From assembly GCA_963666285.1 (NCBI GenBank), contig OY762711.1: a stretch of 64,000 nucleotides of DNA. The stretch is one strand, 5' to 3'. Position numbers and translations under genes: made by a program. Under the pieces are notes generated by a model. That model did no database searches. It was not told the origin of the DNA and was given only the letters and a program-made list of their open reading frames with translations. Of this stretch, positions 11,087-19,184 are shown piece after piece. This stretch comes from Sedimentisphaerales bacterium (GTDB lineage Bacteria > Planctomycetota > Phycisphaerae > Sedimentisphaerales > SM23-30). Numbering within the stretch: position 1 is the stretch's first letter; every line of letters begins with the position of its first letter.

Positions 11087-12130
11087 ATGAATATAAAAAA
11101 CATTTTCACCATTATCATACTGTCAACTGCTTTCGCTATCGCCCAGCCAACCACCGCCGACACCAAGCCGATCTCATTATCCTATACAAACCCCGTCTGG
11201 GATGGCTACCTGGCCGATCCTCATGTGATCAATACCGGCGGATTCTATTACGCCTACGGCACCGGAGAAGCCAAAGACGGCAAACAATTCCCTATCCTAA
11301 AGTCAAAAGACTTCCAGACCTGGGAATATGTAGGCGGCGCCATTGAAAAACTTACCTCTCCTGCACTCAAAGACTATTGGGCACCTGAAGTTGCAGAGTG
11401 CAACGGCAAATTTTATCTGTATTATGCCGGTGACATGAAACAGAGAGTCGCCATTTCCGATAGCCCGCAAGGACCGTTCAAAGACACTGGCAAATTGCTA
11501 TTCCCTGATCTGGAATTCTCTATCGACGGCCATCCTTTCAAAGACCCCGTCTCCGGCAAATGGTTCCTTTTCTTCGCCAAAGACTTTTTCGACCAGCGAC
11601 CCGGCACCGCTCTGGCTGTCGTTGAGCTTGCCGACGATATGGTTTCTGTCAAAGGGCCGGTCCATACTGTCATACGTGCTTTTTCTGACTGGCAGATTTA
11701 CCAGCGAAACAGACACTGGTACAACAAAGATTGGCCCGCCTGGCATACCATCGAAGGCCCGGCGGTAATATACAAAGACGGTAAATATTACTGCTTCTAC
11801 TCCGGCGGCAACTGGCAGACTCCAGGCTATGGCGTCGGCTGCGGCATATCTGATTCTATCACCGGACCATACCTCGACAATTGGAGCAAGACCGGCGCAT
11901 CTGTGCTTAGCTCTGGTAGCGGCGACCTGATAGGACCAGGCCACAACTCCGTCATACTTGCACCGGACCGGCAAACATATTTCATCGTTTACCATTCCTG
12001 GAACAAACAACGATCCGCACGACAGATATGCATCGACCCTATCGAATGGACCGAACAAGGCCCCAAAGCCTACAAACCTTCCAGGGGCAAAAAAAACATC
12101 ACCATCCCGCTCAGTAATATAGTAGATTAA
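11087..12130 (+). CDS. Glycoside hydrolase family 43 (secreted)
   Basis: Signal peptide; ADP, WAPE, SIDGHPF, IEGP and GPGHNSV five-bladed propeller motifs. Confidence 0.9.
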   Translation: MNIKNIFTIIILSTAFAIAQPTTADTKPISLSYTNPVWDGYLADPHVINTGGFYYAYGTGEAKDGKQFPILKSKDFQTWEYVGGAIEKLTSPALKDYWAPEVAECNGKFYLYYAGDMKQRVAISDSPQGPFKDTGKLLFPDLEFSIDGHPFKDPVSGKWFLFFAKDFFDQRPGTALAVVELADDMVSVKGPVHTVIRAFSDWQIYQRNRHWYNKDWPAWHTIEGPAVIYKDGKYYCFYSGGNWQTPGYGVGCGISDSITGPYLDNWSKTGASVLSSGSGDLIGPGHNSVILAPDRQTYFIVYHSWNKQRSARQICIDPIEWTEQGPKAYKPSRGKKNITIPLSNIVD

Positions 12131-12482
12131 ACACCACAAACTGATACTTTTTTCGTTATATACCCCTGGGAACGCCGAGCTGAATGAAATCCGTCGCAGG
12201 CGAATCCTCCTAGATAATTTATACTTAACACCTTGAATCCGCTTAGCGGCACGGTATTCTCATTGAAATCATCGCCTCACACTTTAGTATATATGATTCA
12301 GAGGTGTCATACTTGGTTATATTTACATCATTCTATAGCTCAAACAAAATAGTTTGTATATATATTAAGTGCAAATATTATTATTTATCCAGTTTCAAAA
12401 GCAAACAAATGATATTTACGAAAATATTGAAATATTGTATTTCTTGACATTTTAGCAATATAAGAGTATTAGATATAATAAT

Positions 12483-13172
12483 ATGTTTAAGTTTTTTAAG
12501 AAAAAGAATAATAACAATATGCAAGAATGGGAATACAAGTTGCTTGACAGTGTAGCTTGTATTTTACCTACTAAATACTCGTTTTTAACATTTCAAATTA
12601 ATAAAGAATTTATTTTGGACAGTGTCCCAAACGACTTTTTAGGAAACGGATGGAAGAGAGTCGTTTATAACCACAAGTTATATTCCAGCCTTAAAAATAT
12701 TAAAATTAATTATAAACTTGTTGGGATATTAGTTTATGATTTAGGAATTAATAATTATATAGAAATAGAACTTGATTTATATGAAGGTATTATCATCGGA
12801 TATAAAATTGAAAAAAATAGCAATGTTTTCAACTACGAAAAAATAGATGTCAATAATCTTCGAGAAGTACATTATGCGAATAATGACCGCAAGGAGTTAA
12901 TAAATATTATTGGTGATGTAAATAATGTTGTATTATCTCAATTAGATATTGATGACACCTTTAAGATTGAAATTACTGAAGGAGAATTTTATGTGATTAA
13001 GGATTATGGTGATGGAAATTACCTTTCAATGAATACGCAAGGTGCGGTCTTTGGGATGATACATGATCCTTATGAGGTGGAAATGTTATTTGCAGATAAA
13101 GTTTCTTTTATTAAAGCTATTGAGTCAGGAAATTTTGATTTACTAGGATATTATGACAAAAAAAATTCATAA
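12483..13172 (+). CDS. Low-GC hypothetical protein with SMI1/KNR4-like C-terminus (putative immunity protein)
   Basis: Very AT-rich; C-terminal YVIKDYGDGNYLSMNTQGAVFGMIHD resembles the SUKH/SMI1 'DGxGNYxxxD..GxV...HE' segment. Confidence 0.5.
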   Translation: MFKFFKKKNNNNMQEWEYKLLDSVACILPTKYSFLTFQINKEFILDSVPNDFLGNGWKRVVYNHKLYSSLKNIKINYKLVGILVYDLGINNYIEIELDLYEGIIIGYKIEKNSNVFNYEKIDVNNLREVHYANNDRKELINIIGDVNNVVLSQLDIDDTFKIEITEGEFYVIKDYGDGNYLSMNTQGAVFGMIHDPYEVEMLFADKVSFIKAIESGNFDLLGYYDKKNS

Positions 13173-13244
13173 TATAGATTCTACGATTTGCACAGATGTT
13201 TCCCTGCTGCTGCCGCAGTTGCAGTTTTAAACATTAAATTTCAC

Positions 13245-13832
13245 TTAATTTAATTCAACAGAGCCTTTTAGCCCGATTTCTTCTGCTACTTCACGCATAC
13301 CCGCAATCGTCTCTCGAAACAGTTCGTTCAGCTCCAGCCCCAGCATATCCGCTCCCTTCTGAACGACCTCACGGTTCACGCCGGCTGCAAAGGACTTCTC
13401 CTTCCACTTTTTCCTGACCGACTTGGGTTCCATATCCAGTACCGACCGCGACGGCCTCACCAGCGCATTAGCTGCTATCAGCCCCGTAAGCTCATCCACC
13501 GCATAAAATACCTTTTCCATCTGCTCTTTTGGCTCAACATCCGAACATATCCCCCAGCCATGAGAGACAACCGCACGAATATAGTCGTCCGGCCAGTTAA
13601 GATCATGCAATATTTCAGCCGTCTTGGCACAATGCTCTTCGGGATACTGCTGATAGTCAAGATCATGCACCAGCCCGATCACTCCCCACTTTTCGGCATC
13701 CTCGCCATATTTTACCGCAAAATACCTCATTACCCCTTCCACTGCCAGACCATGCCTCACCAGGCTCTCGTCTGAATTATATTCCTTAAGCAATGCAAAT
13801 GCCTCTTCGCGTGTTGGTACATAATCTGACAT
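13245..13832 (-). CDS. HDIG/HD-domain metal-dependent hydrolase
   Basis: H..AVEGVM, GLVHDLDY, SHG and AVDELTGLI motifs. Confidence 0.9.
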   Translation of the reverse strand: MSDYVPTREEAFALLKEYNSDESLVRHGLAVEGVMRYFAVKYGEDAEKWGVIGLVHDLDYQQYPEEHCAKTAEILHDLNWPDDYIRAVVSHGWGICSDVEPKEQMEKVFYAVDELTGLIAANALVRPSRSVLDMEPKSVRKKWKEKSFAAGVNREVVQKGADMLGLELNELFRETIAGMREVAEEIGLKGSVELN

Positions 13833-14200
13833 ATCATACTCCGTTAAAATGTATTTCTCTGAAAATTACGTTATTCATAAATATATTCTACTACCATTTC
13901 AATAATAACCGCCTCCCTCAAAACTAGGTTGAGCTTACCAACTTCATCTTTTAATAGAACGGAATATTATAGTTGTCCGCCAACCTTTAATTTCTCTCTT
14001 CCCTACTGTTCACCTGTTCTAGCGATCTTCGACCGCTCCTCCTGCTCTAGCAGCGATTAGCTGCCAGGCAATCCCGGCAAACCAGTATTTTGTTTTTATC
14101 TTTTCAATTTCTATCATAATGTTTCCTTGTTTGTTTATATTTATATATGTTTTTTAATTCGCTTCTCTCTAAATACGCATCTAACACCTTTAATTACTTT

Positions 14201-15217
14201 TTAAATCACTTCCAGCAATCTCTTATATTCAAAAAACTTTTTGTCAAAATATGATTTTGCGGCATTATTCATAATAACTTCTTTATTTATAAAAAAAGTG
14301 CAATGAACTTCATCATCGTTGATATTAAACCTTATATTTCCTTTAGGAAATACTGACATGTCGGTTATATTAATTGGTATGCGAAAATTTTCTTCAACTT
14401 TAACCGTGTAACCTGCTCGGTTTATATAGTCATCAAAATTACTGCATTCAATTAGTTTGTTTATCGCCTCATTAAACGATAAAGTAGAATACTTAACTAT
14501 ATCTTTAAGCGGTGAATTATCTGGATCATTAACAAAAAAATCGATGGTTTTCTTATAATCATCTCCCTGACCGTCCAGGTCTGTCATTATTGCCTTCAGA
14601 ATATGGTCATAAACAGTGGAATCCCAGTCGATGAAATACCGTTGATCCCACAATTGAATATATTCATAAAAATTATCGGCTAAGACAATTTCAGTTGTTT
14701 TGGGGCGATCACAAAACATAACATACCACTCTTTTGGCAACAAATATATTTGCCCAGACAGGCAGTCAATAAACTGCGTTGCGTCATTACATGGTTGATA
14801 TTCCAGCAACGGAAGCCAGTTCTTAGCTTTCTGATACAGTTTTTCAACTAATTCATTATATACTGGATCGTATATGCTTAGATTACTTAAATTATCTTCA
14901 CGAAATTCATTTAAATCATCGTCCCAACGTTCTTTGCTTTCGAAGGTTTCCTCCAAAGTGTCTATCCCACAATAGCCTTTATAGTCGAGCTTTTCAAATT
15001 TAAGAATACAACCGTCAGAAAATTTCGTATAAAAGTCACGAAATGCTCTGGGCAAAGTTAAACAATAGTTTTTCTCATAAAGCTTAACCTGCTTATTTGC
15101 TACAGGAGCTTCAAAGGATTGATAGATCGCTACCCCAGTATTTGAATACCTGTCGATTATTTCAGTAAAAAGTTTACGGTAATTATAATCGGATTTAAAC
15201 ATTTTGACACCTAGCAT
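14201..15217 (-). CDS. SMI1/KNR4 (SUKH) family protein, putative toxin immunity
   Basis: YEKNYCLTLPRAFRDFYTKFSDG and LADNFYEYI motifs; low GC; downstream of the RHS remnant. Confidence 0.7.
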   Translation of the reverse strand: MLGVKMFKSDYNYRKLFTEIIDRYSNTGVAIYQSFEAPVANKQVKLYEKNYCLTLPRAFRDFYTKFSDGCILKFEKLDYKGYCGIDTLEETFESKERWDDDLNEFREDNLSNLSIYDPVYNELVEKLYQKAKNWLPLLEYQPCNDATQFIDCLSGQIYLLPKEWYVMFCDRPKTTEIVLADNFYEYIQLWDQRYFIDWDSTVYDHILKAIMTDLDGQGDDYKKTIDFFVNDPDNSPLKDIVKYSTLSFNEAINKLIECSNFDDYINRAGYTVKVEENFRIPINITDMSVFPKGNIRFNINDDEVHCTFFINKEVIMNNAAKSYFDKKFFEYKRLLEVI

Positions 15218-15226
15218 TAAACCAAC

Positions 15227-15931
15227 CTAAATAACAAGTTTTGACTTTGGATTACTATCATCTGCCAAATCGAATTCCTTTACCCAAAAGTAATATGGAT
15301 TGAAATATGGCTTCAAAACATTGTAAACAATCTCATTAATTATGTATTTGCGGCACCATAAAATCGGGTGTTTTTCTATAAGCTCTACTGACAAGCCCAA
15401 CTTTTCGATGTAAAATTCTTCACTATTATCCATTGCCAAATTGTATTCACTTAAATTATTAAAATTATTTACAATATCCTTATATTTGTAAGATATTATT
15501 TCGAAAAAGCTATCTATCTTGCATTTTAGTCTATTGTTGCCACGAACTTTTTGGGCAAAATTATACGGGATGTAGTCATAACCTTTAATATTTTTAAAAG
15601 AGAAATCATTTTCGCAAAAGGGATATTCAAATAATTTATAATATTCAACTTCATGGTATTTAATATTTGGCAAACCGGATAATTCATCCTTTAGCTTACT
15701 TGATACCACTACATTCATTCTGCCTGGCATAAATATCTCGCCAATATTATATACATTTTTAACCAGTTTAAGCGGTGCAAGAATCTCATCACCTATAACA
15801 TATATTATTTCATTATTATCTATTTTTCCTCTTAAATTATATCCATGATACATTTCGTCATGGAAATCATCAATTGGTTTTGGGTCGGCAAAATCAAATT
15901 TGTCTTTTACTCCAAATATATATACTTTCAT
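15227..15931 (-). CDS. Low-GC hypothetical protein, putative immunity protein (Imm11/DUF1629-like)
   Basis: 234-aa ORF with a VVVSSKLKDEL motif, in an array with other immunity-like genes. Confidence 0.5.
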   Translation of the reverse strand: MKVYIFGVKDKFDFADPKPIDDFHDEMYHGYNLRGKIDNNEIIYVIGDEILAPLKLVKNVYNIGEIFMPGRMNVVVSSKLKDELSGLPNIKYHEVEYYKLFEYPFCENDFSFKNIKGYDYIPYNFAQKVRGNNRLKCKIDSFFEIISYKYKDIVNNFNNLSEYNLAMDNSEEFYIEKLGLSVELIEKHPILWCRKYIINEIVYNVLKPYFNPYYFWVKEFDLADDSNPKSKLVI

Positions 15932-16028
15932 TACTTAACTCATCTATGCAATTTGGACTATTAAATAACATATTTTAATAAATAGCTAATAACAGAAAAT
16001 ATTATTGCAGTTTTCTTTAGCCATCCTC

Positions 16029-16478
16029 TTATTTATCAATATTATTAATTTTTAAAAAATCAATTGGACTGTTATCCCAAAAATCAAAGCAATCTTCATA
16101 ATCACTCTGCTCAATATCCTTAACATATACATTAAACAAATAAGGAAATACATCAATAAACACTAAATTGATTTTCCCACTTACTGATCTTGTCAGAATG
16201 GACATGCAAGGATAACAAAAGTTACTTACTAATTTTATTATCTTGCTTCCTTTTATTTGACCTTCATTGTCAGCCAAAAGAAGTTTACCTAGCTGTTTTA
16301 AATGAATTTCATATAATTCTAAATTATCATCATCAAATGCAATTAATTCAAAGGCTATTCCATTGGCAAGCTGAACATAAAAATTACATATCGAAATATC
16401 TCCATTATTGTACATAGTTCTAAAGACATGCTTAATGACCTGCCCTTCAATATCGTCTCGAGTAAGGCGTTTCTTCAT
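16029..16478 (-). CDS. Low-GC hypothetical protein, putative immunity protein
   Basis: 149-aa acidic ORF immediately downstream of the RHS core remnant; function inferred from context only. Confidence 0.55.
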   Translation of the reverse strand: MKKRLTRDDIEGQVIKHVFRTMYNNGDISICNFYVQLANGIAFELIAFDDDNLELYEIHLKQLGKLLLADNEGQIKGSKIIKLVSNFCYPCMSILTRSVSGKINLVFIDVFPYLFNVYVKDIEQSDYEDCFDFWDNSPIDFLKINNIDK

Positions 16479-16624
16479 AATAATATTTTTATATACCTCA
16501 GATTAATACTTATTATATTGTTTACAACTAAAAAAACAATCATGCTTAAAAAATGTTGTTAATTGCCATATGATTTAGGTTCTTCTGGACTAATTCTTTA
16601 AAATAAGTGTAATTGATAATTTTC

Positions 16625-17260
16625 TCAACCACCAGGTACCTCTGGTGCATTTCTAAATGTATTAAGTTGCACGGATGCGGCATCTACACTTTCTAGAACA
16701 TCATTCCTGCTAGCCAATCCCAGCGGATCAACTCCATTAACGCCCATGTAGGCGTTGTAGAGGTTAAGTCCGTCGGCGAATTTGCCCGTGCGGCTTCGCA
16801 CCCTGCCGGGTCTTCGCTGAGCCATCGGCCGTGGAGCGGGTCATACTCACGGAAATGGGTGTGGTATAGGCCGGTGAACTGGTCGCGGTACATGCCGCAC
16901 CATCCGAACGGGATGAATTGCGAGCGGCCGAGGTTGAACCATATTTGACTAGATTTCAAATGAAAGTTCGGTCGAGCAGTATGCGAGACAGGTGAGGAAA
17001 TTGCAGTTTCAAATGGAGTCAGAGCATGCTTGACTTGCTCTGTAATGTGCAGGCTTTGCCTGCCCAGTTGAATTGTAATAGAGCTTTTCGATGACATTCC
17101 CGGCACTGTCAGCCACACCGACTATTGTGCCGCGATCATCGCGAATCGGGACATAACCAAATTTCTGGCCCGGGCAGTCCGGATCATCATACCGTTCTAC
17201 CAATGCCAGATCAGTCAAGCCGTGACCATAATAGTAACGGGAGAGGAGCAGATTGTCAAT
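16625..17260 (-). pseudogene. RHS repeat-associated core domain pseudogene
   Basis: Fragments in three frames: YYYGHGLTD...DDRGTIVGVADSAGNVIEKLYYNSTG; PFGWCGMYRDQFTGLYHTHFREYDPLHGRWLSEDPAG; FADGLNLYNAYMGVNGVDPLG. The toxin tip stops about 28 codons after DPLG. Confidence 0.9.
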
Positions 17261-17599
17261 GAGACTATATTTTATGAGTCTCCGATCTATCTACATACGA
17301 GATTAGTATTAAAATCCAGACAAAATCTTTGGACAAACTATCACACCCTAGACGTATAACCAAGTCTTCGGCTCCGCCGACAACAACTTCTGACAACACC
17401 GAGCGAAATGTAATCCGCCTCAGGCGGAGCTCACCACATACTGGCACCAGACAGCCGTCCCCGTTGAAAATCCTGAGCTCGTCGATACCCCTGAGCATAA
17501 AACAACCATCGCACTACCTCCGAGACCTGCCCGCTCAACTTCGCTTATTGTATTCACTTATACATCAACACATAAAAATAGCTTCGCCGCTAGGCGATT

Positions 17600-17668
17600 C
17601 CTTCACATCATTGGACTTGTCCAATGATGTGCCCCAGTGCGCAGCACGAATTTATCTTCCTCCTGTTC
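17600..17668. repeat. 69-bp direct repeat copy 1, containing a 28-bp palindrome
   Basis: ccttCACATCATTGGAC-tt-GTCCAATGATGTGccccagtgcgcagcacgaatttatcttcctcctgttc; second copy at 18234-18302. Confidence 0.9.
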
Positions 17669-17699
17669 TCCTTTTCTCCTGTCAACTATCCAGCGACCT

Positions 17700-18900
17700 C
17701 CGTCGCTCGGCACGTATTTCCTCTTCACTGGCCGCTGGTCGCTGGTCGCTATTTCGCTGTTTTCTGCCTACCGTGTTTGTCTGTGCCTGTCCGTGACCGT
17801 CAGTGTTACATTCCACAATAACACTTTGCGAGCTTTGCGGCCTCTGCGAGCAACAGTATTTTTTTTCGTGTTCTTTCGTGAATTTCGTGACAATCTTTTT
17901 CAGAATTCTGAATTTAAATTTGCGTAAGCTTTAAAATTAGTCGTGAGCCGCCAGGCGAAAACCATCTTTTCAGAATTCAGACTTCAAACTTCAGACTTCA
18001 GATGCCGCTTCGCGGCATCTGGTCCGCCCAAAACCCAACAATAACAACTTACGTTAAAATCTAAAAAATCCCCTCCCCGCCGCACACTTTCCAAAACCCG
18101 CCATGAACTCATTCTTATATCCCCGCACCCTTCAATTTCATTCTGTTTTTTAACCCCTCCTTCACCCCACCATTATCATTTATAAATCAATTAACCTCAC
18201 CGAACCCGTTTAAAACAGGTCGCGTAAGCGACACCTTCACATCATTGGACTTGTCCAATGATGTGCCAGAGTGCGAAGCACGAATTTATCTTCCTCCTGT
18301 TCCACTGTCATCTGCTCTAATCTCTAGCAGCATGGCTGCTCGCTGGCCGCTCGTTGCTATTTCGCTGCTTATCTGCTCTAATCCCTAACAACCTCCGGTC
18401 GTTCGCGTAGCACGTATTTCCTGACCACTAGCCGCTGGCCGCTGGCAACTCGTTGCTGACAGCTCTCTTGATTTTTTATCCTTCATCCTTTATAATTGAT
18501 ACTTTAGAATCGCTTTCCATTTCATTTCTTTCTTTATCAGTGTGCATCGGTGTGAATCTGTGGTTCTGCTTTTCGGCGTAGCCGTTTAAAATAAGGTCCT
18601 GTACCATACGGTACAAGACACCTCAACTCTTACCTCTTACCTTTAACCTCTTACTTTACCTGCCTCCCCGTCTCCGCTCCGTCCCCGTGTTTGGGCTTCC
18701 GCACCCATTCAACGTTCCTCCGTATACTGCCCGCGGCCCGCAATTCGCCACCGTTCAAATCCGTTACCCTTTTCGCCGCCGTCCACCCGCCGCGATGCCC
18801 CGTTACCTTTCCGCACACCTCCCGTCACCCATCAATTAGCCGCGAGCGGTAGCGAGCAACCTTCCCTGGCACCTGAAACCAGATCCCTGGCCCCTGATTT
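17700..18900. repeat. Field of short tandem 7/9/10-mer repeats and REP-like mini-hairpins
   Basis: (ctggycg)3 17728-17750; (cHgtgnnngt)3+ 17771-17805; (ctYtgcgRS)3 17824-17850; (tttcgtg..)3 17864-17890; (ttcagac)5 17969-18003; (atcNgtgtgN)3 18536-18563; (ctcttac)4 18627-18654; (ccctggc-like)5 18864-18897. Confidence 0.8.
18234..18302. repeat. 69-bp direct repeat copy 2
   Basis: Same sequence as 17600-17668 with 3 substitutions. Confidence 0.9.
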
Positions 18901-19184
18901 TCTCGAAAAAATCACCGCGTTTTTACATCAACCAAAACGCGAAAATCTAAAATCTTCAAATATTTTATCCCACTTCCTACAAACACCTTACAAATTTCCA
19001 AGCCAACCATCCCACCAAAAAAATCAGCGCACTTTTGACATACCATCCAATAGTAGAGAGCCGACAAAAAAATGAGTACCAACAAAAATCAGCTCTCGAT
19101 AAAACATAACAACGACGAAAACTTCGTCTTAAATATAAATATCGCTCAATTAAAATTGAATATATATTAGATCACAGCTATACA

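Noticed and set aside
11422..12139. Minus-strand ORFs overlapping GH43, and similar antisense ORFs over rarA, tkt and cusA
   Set aside because: Antisense shadows of well-supported genes.
13900..14120. Short minus-strand ORF MIEIEKIKTKYWFAG...
   Set aside because: Only about 32 codons; probably a decayed fragment with no assignable family.
17265..17927. ORFs 17329-17796, 17265-17498 and 17637-17927 as real genes
   Set aside because: They run through repeat and pseudogene DNA, with no RBS or recognisable protein features beyond a faint RHS trace.
17600..18302. Palindromic repeat as a CRISPR array
   Set aside because: Only two copies, 634 bp apart; no regular spacers and no cas genes.
18660..18840. 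GC-rich stretch as a structured ncRNA or small gene
   Set aside because: No recognisable RNA family motif and no convincing ORF by eye; a covariance-model search would be needed.
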